64,000 nucleotides of DNA from the human T2T-CHM13v2.0 reference genome, Homo sapiens. Shown in pieces: positions 48,814 through 64,000 of this stretch. Location of the stretch: assembly GCF_009914755.1 (NCBI RefSeq), contig NC_060927.1; one strand, 5' to 3'. A program made the translations under genes and the position numbers. The stretch's first letter is position 1; each line of letters starts with the position of its first letter. The notes under the pieces were generated by a model, which saw only the letters and a list, made by a program, of their open reading frames with translations, did no database searches and was not told the origin of the DNA.

Positions 48814-49895
48814 CAGTCAAGTCCTCCACAGACCATCACATTCCCCTCACACACACACTTTTTCTTATGGGAAACAACTACCAAAAACAAACCTAAACTT
48901 TAGTGTTCAATTAAACTTTATACTTAAGCTCCAACAGAATATCTATACATAAAATAGTAACTAATTAGGAAGGGCAGAGGAGATGTATGTGGTCCGTACT
49001 CTAGGCAACAGAAATAACATGTGTTATTGTCTGCCTTTTCGGTTATAAGTATCATAGTGGGTGTGAAGAGGTATTCCATTGTAGTTTTGATTTATATCTC
49101 CCTAATGTCCAACAATGTTGAGCACATTTTCATGTGTTTATTGGCCATTTGTATATCTTCTTTTTGTGAGGTTTCTTTTCGATAGTTAGATGTTCCCCTA
49201 TAGGAGAAAAGTGGGTAAGTGAGGGGAATGTGATGGTCTGCTGAGAACTTTACTGTGGTAAAAATCAATAGAAAAAAGAACGCATGTTCCTTCTTTACCA
49301 TATAATTAGGAAATTCTATAGCCACTGGTGAAAATCTGATTTTGTGAAGGCTAATGATTATAAATCGGTGTGAAGTCATGCCTAGAAATTATAAGTAAAA
49401 CTCTAAGACATTCCGTGATATGGAGAAATTCTACAGAAAATTAACTCTTTTTATTCCTCATCCTAGAGGTGCATTAGGTTACTAAAGTCCCAAAAGGACA
49501 TCATCATAGATGCTCAGGCCCTGATATCTATTATGGGAAAATCTATAGTTGACACTAAGCAGCATGCAAAATGATTTCATGTGATAACTGTATTGATGTC
49601 TCCTTTGCACACATTAAGATTATTGTAGCTTTCCTCAAACACTGCCTTTTCCCTGGCTATATGTGTCAGAGTTAAGCCTTTCTCAAACTTACATATGACA
49701 ACAGTCACAGCAGAAGTCTCCCAGCAGGTGATCCTATTATTTTCTCTTTATCCTTTACTGTAACTATATATTCAATTTTCTGTTCCCTAGAGTAGGGACC
49801 ACACACATCTCCTCTGCCCTTCTAATTAGTTACTATTTTATGTATACATATTCTGTTGGAGCTCAAATATAAAGTTTAATTGAACACTAAAGTTT
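48814..49895. repeat. Compound inverted duplication A(48814-48894) B(48895-49014) ... A'(49169-49255) ... B'(49777-49895)
   Basis: Manual alignment: B vs reverse-complemented B' 7 differences in 120 nt; A vs A' ~80% with a 22-nt perfect core CAGACCATCACATTCCCCTCAC. Confidence 0.9.
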
Positions 49896-50650
49896 TATTC
49901 CTACAGGGCTTCTATGCTTCTAATTTCAAATAATTTCATTTTTCAATAAAGGCAAAAGTGTGTATATGTATCCATATCTATCTAATATATATAATTTATA
50001 TTTCTTTGTGAAAGTTATGGTATAAATAAACTGCCAGGAACTCCTGTAATGAATCATGTGTCACGATTTGGATTCTGAAAATATGGTCATGTTACTTATC
50101 ATAAATACTACTGGCAATAAAGCAAACAAACAAACAAAAAAGAACTTTTTTTGAATACTTATTTAATCAGGCCAGGGCTTACAGGGCTAATTAGTTTAAT
50201 TCCTTTAATCCTTACAATGACTCTAAGAGACAGATACAATGAGGAGCCAAACTTGTCGCATGTTAAAGTTGGTAACTGGAGGAACAAGAATTTGAAATCT
50301 GGCTGATTTCAGATTCCTGGCTCCTAACATGGGCTTAGCATCCATCTTCTTTAGTCTCTTGTGACGGTCTTTGTATTAGTTCATGTGCTCCCTCCCTCTT
50401 CTCTGAAGATACCTTTTACTTGACAACTGCTGCAGCTAACATTTATAAAGAGCTCATTATGTGCCAGGCACAGAGCTGAGTTCCCTACATAAATTATCAT
50501 TTCATATCCAGCTGTTCTTCACATGTTCGACAGCACAGAATACTTTCCTTGTGATCCAATTCTCTAGACATGTACAAGAAAAATGACTAAGCTGACAAGG
50601 ATGGAGGGGCCTCAGGAGTGTGAGTAGGAAACATGGAGATGCTTTCTTAC

Positions 50651-50742
50651 CTGTACAGCTGGCCACCCTCCTTGCCAGTACTCTGCTGTGTGTCTTCCTC
50701 ATCATCAGTACTGTAAGATTTAGACCGTGATTTTGTAGTTTT
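50651..50742 (-). CDS. PLCH1: PLCH1 exon, X-Y linker (KTTKSRSKSYSTDDEEDTQQSTGKEGGQLY)
   Basis: 92 nt; tttctggcag|AAA...CAG|gtaaga; phase 0 to 2 fits both neighbours. Confidence 0.9.
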
Positions 50743-51427
50743 CTGCCAGAAAAATCAAAACAAACTTAACAAACTCATTGTATCAAGTATATTTACAACA
50801 TGCAGAGAATGAGCTGGGCTTTAAAATGCACATGTGCACAAACATAACTTGGAGGGAGAAAATGACCAAATATTGCAGCTTGCTTCAGCATTAATAACAA
50901 GCCTATCTAAGGCCATAATTATATTAAAATATTAATACAAAACTGAGAGTTTCATGCTCAGAAACTGACTTCGGAGACACATAAAGTTGATGTATCAGAA
51001 AGACTTTATTAGTCATGCATTTTGAAGGTTTCTACTAGGGGTAGAGTCAAAGTTGCAGTATCTATGTAAATGATTATAAGGGACAAAATGCCCTTTTGTA
51101 TAGGAAGCTCACTATTAATAAACTGTAAAAGGCACATTTGGTTTTTTAAGAAAGGACATGTAGTAACTTTTAAAAAAATAAATAACTACCATTTCTGCTT
51201 TTGATCAGTATGCACTCAAATGATCATCTAAATCAAATTTCCCTTTTGAGATTTTGACCCATTTTCATTTCTAGCAGCAGGAAAAAAAATTGCTACCCAC
51301 AGAATACAGGCTGAAAGGCTCCAGGTCTAATCTGGTGTCTTTTGGACAGATCAGCTGTTTCACAATAAAACTTTTTTGGGATGGTATGATTTCATCCCCA
51401 CCAATTTGGAGATAGTCCCAGTATTTA

Positions 51428-51757
<330 letters not shown>

Positions 51758-53019
51758 AACAATACAAATGATGGGGAAGGACCACCCCAATAATTGCCGA
51801 AAACCTTGCCATCGAAAATGCAGTGTCTACAAACAAAGGTAAGATGTTTAGACAGAGAACCCTGGACATCAGGAATGTGGCTTAGAAAGGGAAAGGGTCT
51901 CCATCCCCAAATTACCATAGGACCATGCCACCTTCTAGATTTTCTCATGCTTCTCCTAAACCCCCCCAAAAATCAAACAAGCTACACTGTTGGCATAAAC
52001 ACACTCAACTTCTCTCTATTTCAGTGACAGTAAGATGCCAGTTTGGTTTGGAAACTTCTCCGGCATTATTTATGCCTTGAGTACCTCAGCTTGCAGGTAT
52101 GGAAGCCCTACCATTTGATGATCTCATGTTCCGTCTTTCACCAGGCTGGTAAACTGGCTAACCTCACTAGCTTCCTATTGGATCTTTAGAAAGAGTGTGG
52201 CAAGAACATCTATTTCAAAGGATTATTGTTGTGATGGTTAAATAAATGGCACAGAAAGTCATTCTGTAATCTATATAACATTACCTTTCCATTTAAAATA
52301 CTGTCAATATTTATTAAAATAATCTATAAATAGTCTAATGGACAACAATTTATTCTTATAACTTGAGGTATGATAAATTTTAGTTAGGTGAAGTACTCCC
52401 TAAAACATCTACTTTGAAAGACTATTTTAATTGTAATGACAAGTTGCAATCCAGAAATGAAATATTCTCTAATTCCACATAGTTAGTAATTTGAGTTATA
52501 CAGTAATAAATGTCTTTTTAAGAATCATTTTTACTATAAAATGCAAAAATTAGAAATAAGAAATGAATCACCAATGACAGATAACATTCAGAGAATGATA
52601 TATTTTCTGGACATACAGTTTTGACACATCTTTTCATGGTTATCATACCATAGAATCTACTTCTCATCTTACTTTTTCATTTAATGTTTCACAGGTCGAG
52701 CTCTTCCGAGGGATCATCTTTTAATGGCTGCATCATTGTCCATTATGTGAATGATTCACGGATTACTTACACAGTCTTTGGAGGTGAACATTTTGGTTGT
52801 TTTCAATATTTTGTGATAATGACTAATCTGACTAGCCTACTAACAAATTATCTCACTGACGGGCAGGAAATTCTAAATATGACATTCCTTAAAGTAGAAG
52901 AAATGGCCTTACAGAAACCTCACGTATAATGTAAAGTTCTCCATCTAATAATTGAATTCTTATGTAAGTTTTACTGACAAACAGCTAATCTGTCCAGAAG
53001 ACACCAGATTAGTGTAACA

Positions 53020-54470
<1,451 letters not shown>

Positions 54471-54502
54471 AAGTATGCATAGTTATTACTCTTAATTCAT
54501 AC

Positions 54503-54574
54503 CTTATGTTTTCCAAAGTTGGTCATGAGGGATCGTCCATGTGATTTCTTTCCACTTTCCTTTACATCTGGACT
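54503..54574 (-). CDS. PLCH1: PLCH1 exon, X-Y linker (SPDVKESGKKSHGRSLMTNFGKHK); most upstream exon found in the window
   Basis: 72 nt, phase 0/0; tttattcag|AGT...AAG|gtatga; end of ORF 54497..54706. Confidence 0.88.
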
Positions 54575-55903
54575 CTGAATAAATAAAGGCATAATATAAC
54601 TATTTATCTTCTTTGCTTTTGTCTTTTTCCTTAGTTCTGGTGGAATAGCAAGGGGGCCCTCTTTTCTCTTCTGTTTGCCTCTAGGTGAGAAACAAGCAGA
54701 CTCCACTCATTTCCTCCTGCTCCACACTCCACTACCACAAAGGTGGCTCTGCCTGCCTTGGAAAGGGAAATATTGGCATGGAGAGATGGATGCCAGCCAG
54801 GACGCAGCAGCTGCCTGCACCTTCCCAAAGCTGAGGTCAAGGGCTCTCAGCAGTGTGCAGGTGTGCTGGCCCTCATGGTGCCTGTTCACCAGGCTCTCCA
54901 CAGCACAGGATGTGTTCTTTTAAATGTTCTGAGTGGGGTTAAGTCATTTTCAGTTAAGTAGGGATTCAGTTTTGGAAAATGACCAAAAGTCATTAGCAGC
55001 CAATTCTATTGAATAAAGAAAGTGGATCACATTGACTAAACAGTGCTATGTGGGATTTTAAAACATTATAAATAAATAAAATCCAAGGATATCTATGAGA
55101 TAATAGATTGTTTTTGTTTAAAGTAAACCAAGCAAAGTTTATGTGTTCGTTGAAATAATTCCCTCTGTGATGAGCACTGGAAAGAGGTATTGTAGCCTCT
55201 GAATTTTTCCTCACATAGGTTAATTTTCCAGTTAGAGATACTGGGCCAACTCTCTTTCCTGGAGCCTATGTCTCATTAGGTAACAGAAAGTCCACCTGCT
55301 AAGAGAGTTTAAACTCTTATTCATTTGTCATCCTTAAAAATATGTTAGGTGGTTCATTACTAATAACATGGTATAAGGAGAGACCAGTAGGCCCTACCTG
55401 ACCAAGACTCCAGCTAAACAGAGAAGAAGCAGGTAACCACATAAATGGAATAAATGTGGGTGAGAAAAAACAGTTAAAGCCAAAAGGTTGGGAAGGGGAT
55501 CTGTATATGCCCATAGATGCTAATCAAAGATGCAAGTAGGGGTAGGAAGAGATTGGGTGGAGTCCAAGAACTGGTTGGGGAAAGAGCAGTTCAAAAAATG
55601 CTGGAGGAGTAATGGTGAGGGGTTTACAAGGTGATTGATGTTAGGTAACTGTTAACTGATTCATACATGTTTATTGCTTTTGGAGATCTATTAATGCGGA
55701 TCATTAACTGTTCAAAAACTGTGGAATTAAGAAGGCAGCTGGATGTGATCATAGACATAGCACTGCTCTCCAAGTCAGAAGACCCAGTTCTGCCAACAAG
55801 TAGCTACATTTCCTTTAGCAAGCCTCTTCTCTTGGTCCGCTTTTTTTTTTTTTTTAATCTGTGAAATGGACCAATTAATCTGTGAGTTCCTCTCTATTTC
55901 TAG

Positions 55904-56034
55904 TAGGGACTATGCCATTTATTATCCAAAACAGGACCTTTTAAGAATAAAATGGGATACTTTTAATAATTATGCTGGGACAACAGGTATAAAGCACGGC
56001 TGTCACAGGCAAATTGAGGTATATGGTCACCCTA
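55904..56034. mobile_element. MER94/MER81-like hAT-Blackjack MITE
   Basis: TAGGG...ATATGGTCACCCTA termini, ~130 bp. Confidence 0.7.
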
Positions 56035-56517
56035 TTTAGTAGGAACCTATTATACCCTAAGGATAATGCTAATTGCATTACATATATTCTCATTTACTAT
56101 GCATAACCAACCCTGGGAATAAGTATAATTAAATTCCAATTTTACAGAAAAGGAAAGCAGAAATACAGAAAGTTAGATTATATGCCCAAAGTTACAAAGC
56201 TTGTTGGTGATAAAACAGGATTCTGTCTAGCTACAAGTCCTCTCTCTGGCTTCCTTCCACTTCTCCAACATTTTCTATCCCATTCTCACTCTCTTTTTTT
56301 TTTTTTTTTTTTATTATACTTTAAGTTTTAGGGTACATGTGCACATTGTGCAGGTTAGTTACATATGTATACATGTGCCATGCTGGTGCGCTGCACCCAC
56401 TAACGTGTCAACTAGCATTAAGTATATCTCCCAATGTTATCCCTCCCCCCTCCCCCCACCCCACCACAGTCCCCAGAGTGTGATATTCCCCTTCCTGTGT
56501 CCATGTGATCTCATTGT

Positions 56518-60368
<3,851 letters not shown>

Positions 60369-60407
60369 TCATTAGTTGATGCAGTTTCTTCCTAGTCTCG
60401 ATGGTCT

Positions 60408-61423
60408 TTACATTTTGGCATGATTTTGCAGCGGCTGGTACCGGTTGTTCCTTTCCATGTTTAGCGCTTCCTTCAGGAGCTCTTTTAGGGCAGGCCTGGT
60501 GGTGACAAAATCTCTCAGCATTTGCTTGTCTATAAAGTATTTTATTTCTCCTTCACTTATGAAGCTTAGTTTGGCTGGATATGAAATTCTGGGTTGAAAA
60601 TTCTTTTCTTTAAGAATGTTGAATATTGGCCCCCACTCTCTTCTGGCTTGTAGGGTTTCTGCCGAGAGATCCGCTGTTAGTCTGATGGGCTTTCGTTTGA
60701 GGGTAACCCGACCTTTCCCTCTGGCTGCCCTTAACATTTTTTCCTTCATTTCAACTTTGGTGAATCTGACAATTATGTGTCTTGGAGTTGCTCTTCTCGA
60801 GGAGTATCTTTGTGGCGTTCTCTGTATTTCCTGAATCTGAACATTGGCCTGCCTTGCTAGATTGGGGAAGTTCTCCTGGATAATATCCTGCAGAGTGTTT
60901 TCCAACTTGGTTCCATTCTCCACATCACTTTCAGGTACACCAATCATACGTAGATTTGGTCTTTTCACATAGTCCCATATTTCTTGGAGGCTTTGCTCAT
61001 TTCTTTTTATTCTTTTTTCTCTAAACTTCCCTTCTCGCTTCATTTCATTCATTTCATCTTCCATTGCTGATACCCTTTCTTCCAGTTGATCGCATCGGCT
61101 CCTGAGGCTTCTGCATTCTTCACGTAGTTCTCGAGCCTTGGTTTTCAGCTCCATCAGCTCCTTTAAGCACTTCTCTGTATTGGTTATTCTAGTTATACAT
61201 TCTTCTAAATTTTTTCAAAGTTTTCAACTTCTTTGCCTTTGGTTTGAATGTCTTCCCGTAGCTCAGAGTAATTTGATCGTCTGAAGCCTTCTTCTCTCAG
61301 CTCGTCAAAATCATTCTCCATCCAGCTTTGTTCCGTTGCTGGTGAGGAACTGTGTTCCTTTGGAGGAGGAGAGGCGCTCTGCGTTTTAGAGTTTCCAGTT
61401 TTTCTGTTCTGTTTTTTCCCCAT
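60408..61423 (-). pseudogene. L1 ORF1p with a single 1-bp deletion in an A-run (61210-61215)
   Basis: 72-aa and 248-aa ORFs; A6 here versus A7 at ~20122 in the other copy. Confidence 0.92.
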
Positions 61424-61875
61424 CTTTGTGGTTTTATCTACTTTTGGTCTTTGATGATGGTGATGTACAGATGGGTTTTCGGTGTAGATGTCCTTTCTGG
61501 TTGTTAGTTTTCCTTCTAACAGACAGGACCCTCAGCTGCAGGTCTGTTGGAATACCCTGTGTGAGGTGTCAGTGTGCCCCTGCTGGGGGGTGCCTCCCAG
61601 TTAGGCTGCTCGGGGGTCAGGGGTCAGGGACCCACTTGAGGAGGCAGTCTGCCCGTTCTCAGATCTCCAGCTGCGTGCTGGGAGAACCACTGCTCTCTTC
61701 AAAGCTGTCAGACAGGGACACTTAAGTCTGCAGAGGTTACTGCTGTCTGTTTGTTTGTCTGTGCCCTGCCCCCAGAGGTGGAGCCTACAGAGGCAGGCAG
61801 GCCTCCTTGAGTTGTGGTGGGCTCCACCCAGTTCGAGCTTCCAGGCTGCTTTGTTTACCTAAGCAAGCCTGGGCA

Positions 61876-62091
61876 ATGGCGGGCGCCCCTCCCCCAGCCT
61901 CATTGCCGCCTTGCAGTTTGATCTCAGACTGCTGTGTTAGCAATCAGCGAGATTCCGTGGGCGTAGGACCCTCTGAGCCAGGTGTGGGATATAGTCTCGT
62001 GGTGCGCCGTTTCTTAAGCCGGTCTGAAAAGCGCAATATTCGGGTGGGAGTGACCCGATTTTCCAGGTGCGTCCGTCACCCCTTTCTTTGA
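61876..62091 (+). CDS. Intact L1 ORF0 (71 aa)
   Basis: MAGAPPPASLPPCSLISDCCVSNQRDSVGVGPSEPGVGYSLVVRRFLSRSEKRNIRVGVTRFSRCVRHPFL*; GCAATGG context; both splice donors present. Confidence 0.8.
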   Translation: MAGAPPPASLPPCSLISDCCVSNQRDSVGVGPSEPGVGYSLVVRRFLSRSEKRNIRVGVTRFSRCVRHPFL

Positions 62092-62229
62092 CTCGGAAAG
62101 GGAACTCCCTGACCCCTTGCGCTTCCCAGGTGAGGCAATGCCTCGCCCTCCCATTCTCACTCTCTTTATGTAGGAAACAGATATCTACAAATACCTATCA
62201 CCAACTTTGACCTCTCCCTGAGCACCGGC

Positions 62230-62880
62230 ACATCTTTCACTGAATTATTGAGTAAGACATTGTCCTAGGAACTTGGCATATACATAACGACAAGAGCAAA
62301 CAAGAGAGATGCAGACTCTCTCCCTACTGGGCTTGCAGTCTAATCGTAGACACAAAAGATTACAACACACTGTCATAAGACTATAATGGGGAAAGCTTAG
62401 GGCACTGTGGGATGGCACAGGGAGACCATCTACCTGGATTTGAGGATTAAGAACTTCCAAGGGGACATGACACAAAAGCTGAAGCCTAAAGGTGAGTACA
62501 AGTTATCTATGTGAAATGGGGAAGACGAAGTGTACTATGGCCAAGAAAACAGCCAATATGAAAGCCATGTGGTAAGAGCACGGTACCAGGAAATGAAGAA
62601 AGTGGAGGTGTGCACGTGTGGACTCCTACACATGCACACTCTGTGGGTGTCACCGCTAGGAGCCAGAACAGAAAGGAAGGATCTTATGGGCTATTATCTC
62701 TGAATTTGAGCTTTATCCTCCAAACTATGAGGAGCCCTGAGATGGTTGAAGACAGGAGAGTGACATGACCAGATGCACATTTCTGAACTATCACTATGGC
62801 AGTGGTGTGAATGAGACATTAAGCAGGGCAGCTGAGAGCTTAGGAACTTGTTAAGGTTATTCAGGCAGCAGCAGTTCAGA
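62230..62880 (-). mobile_element. L2 fragment
   Basis: Diverged L2-like motifs (GAGCTTTATCCTC, GAGAGTGACATGACCAGATG, ATCACTATGGCAG); boundaries approximate. Confidence 0.5.
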
Positions 62881-63739
62881 TATAAAGAAAGCAGCAGATT
62901 CCAGAACTCTTAAGAACCATTTCCTGTGACTACTAAGTTCTTCCAGCCTGAAGGCAAATTTCATTTTTACTTTTCTTCAGAGCTCCGCAGGAAAAAGACA
63001 GGACAAGTAGAAACCAGTCCTGCACTGTTAATTGACGGTCCAGAAAAGTAGAAGCTGGAGTGACGTGCTGCCCAGAGCCATACTCAGCACATTCTCAGCT
63101 TTGGATTTAAACCGACATATGTATCTGGCACAGAGGGCCTCGTCTCAACAGTAACTTGCCTTTGCTTGCCCAGTGAACCAAAACCATATTTTTAAAACAT
63201 AGCAGTGTTAAAAACCTCAAAAATAAGTAAAAAGGAGATGAGTTTTGCTACACTACCTCTCAAAAATTTTTGGTTCTCTTACCACTTTACCTGATGGAGA
63301 AATTGTCATTAGGATCTCTTCAGTGAAAGCAAAAGATAGAAGGGCTTAATTTGTTTCTTCCAAAATATCCAAGCCTTATGGTTGCATTTCCAATGAGAAT
63401 AATCTAGGATGGGGCAAAGACTTCTCCAAACGCATAAGGGAAGTAACTGGCCCAGATAAGCCAATGAGAGTTCACCAAGGACAAGAAGCAGAATCAAGAT
63501 GGGCTAAACAAGTCTGATCTTACAGGCACTTGTGGTGTTGAAAATAAATGGCTGGAGGCGAGGAGGGTGGAAAGATTGTTACTATTCATAGAAATTATTA
63601 AGAAAATCCAGAATTACATGGTAAACTATAAGGGCAGTAATGCTGTCATTGACCTTTTGGTTGTCTCCCCAGTATTCCATCTGCCCCTCTAACATGCAGT
63701 TTGAGAGGAGCTAACCTTGACAAGAGCTTCAGAGGTAAG

Positions 63740-64000
63740 TTCTCACTGGCATTAGCAAGCCAATATTATCCTATACTCTGGCCAAGTACTGTTTCAGGAA
63801 GGACACTTACCCATGGCCACTATGATTAGCTTGGGGGTAGGCACATGAACTAGGTTAACAAAACTCTCGTTTGTTAGTTGGGGCAAATATGCTGTCTCAA
63901 TCTCTCTGGATATGGACCAAGAAACATGTAACTCATGGGGCTATTGGCAGTTATCTCGCAACCATCATAGACAGGAGAACCAGACTTGAGATGACACTGA
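63740..64000. mobile_element. Old MLT1-like MaLR LTR fragment
   Basis: GGCCACTATGATTAG, GGCACATGAACTAGG and GGCAGTTATCTCGCAACCAT motifs. Confidence 0.45.

Noticed and set aside
54575-54961. ORFs extending upstream of the 72-nt exon
   Set aside because: A good acceptor at 54575-54576 defines the exon; the upstream translation is not PLC-like.
62168-64000. Next upstream PLCH1 exon
   Set aside because: No PLC X-box or linker-like coding segment with splice sites found; it probably lies beyond the window.

Overview
Human (primate) genomic DNA, not prokaryotic. The minus strand carries the 3' half of PLCH1 (phospholipase C eta 1). I traced 11 phase-consistent exons from the X-Y linker through the Y box and C2 domain to a 2.08-kb terminal coding exon ending ...EIYFLLRL (stop at 30913), followed by a ~1.1-kb 3' UTR. 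There is also a 60-nt in-frame cassette exon and a 28-nt stop-containing mini-exon that would give a short ...ENSLVQI* isoform. The rest is mostly transposable elements: an ancient two-LTR ERVL-type provirus (~7.75-13.1 kb), a near full-length L1MA with a full-length L1PA2/3, an Alu and a tiny orphan retro-insert nested in it (15.2-28.5 kb), an intronic sense-oriented young L1 with intact ORF0 (56.3-62.1 kb), a near-consensus AluYb8, and MER, MADE1, THE1, MLT2, MIR and L2 copies. The least explained signals are non-transposon inverted duplications in two PLCH1 introns (one in A-B-A'-B' pseudoknot order), a duplicated splice donor, and a 24-nt poly(A)-tailed insert of unknown origin. I see no evidence of a wholly new multi-gene system. 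Repeat subfamily names come from recalled consensus sequences and need RepeatMasker/Dfam confirmation.
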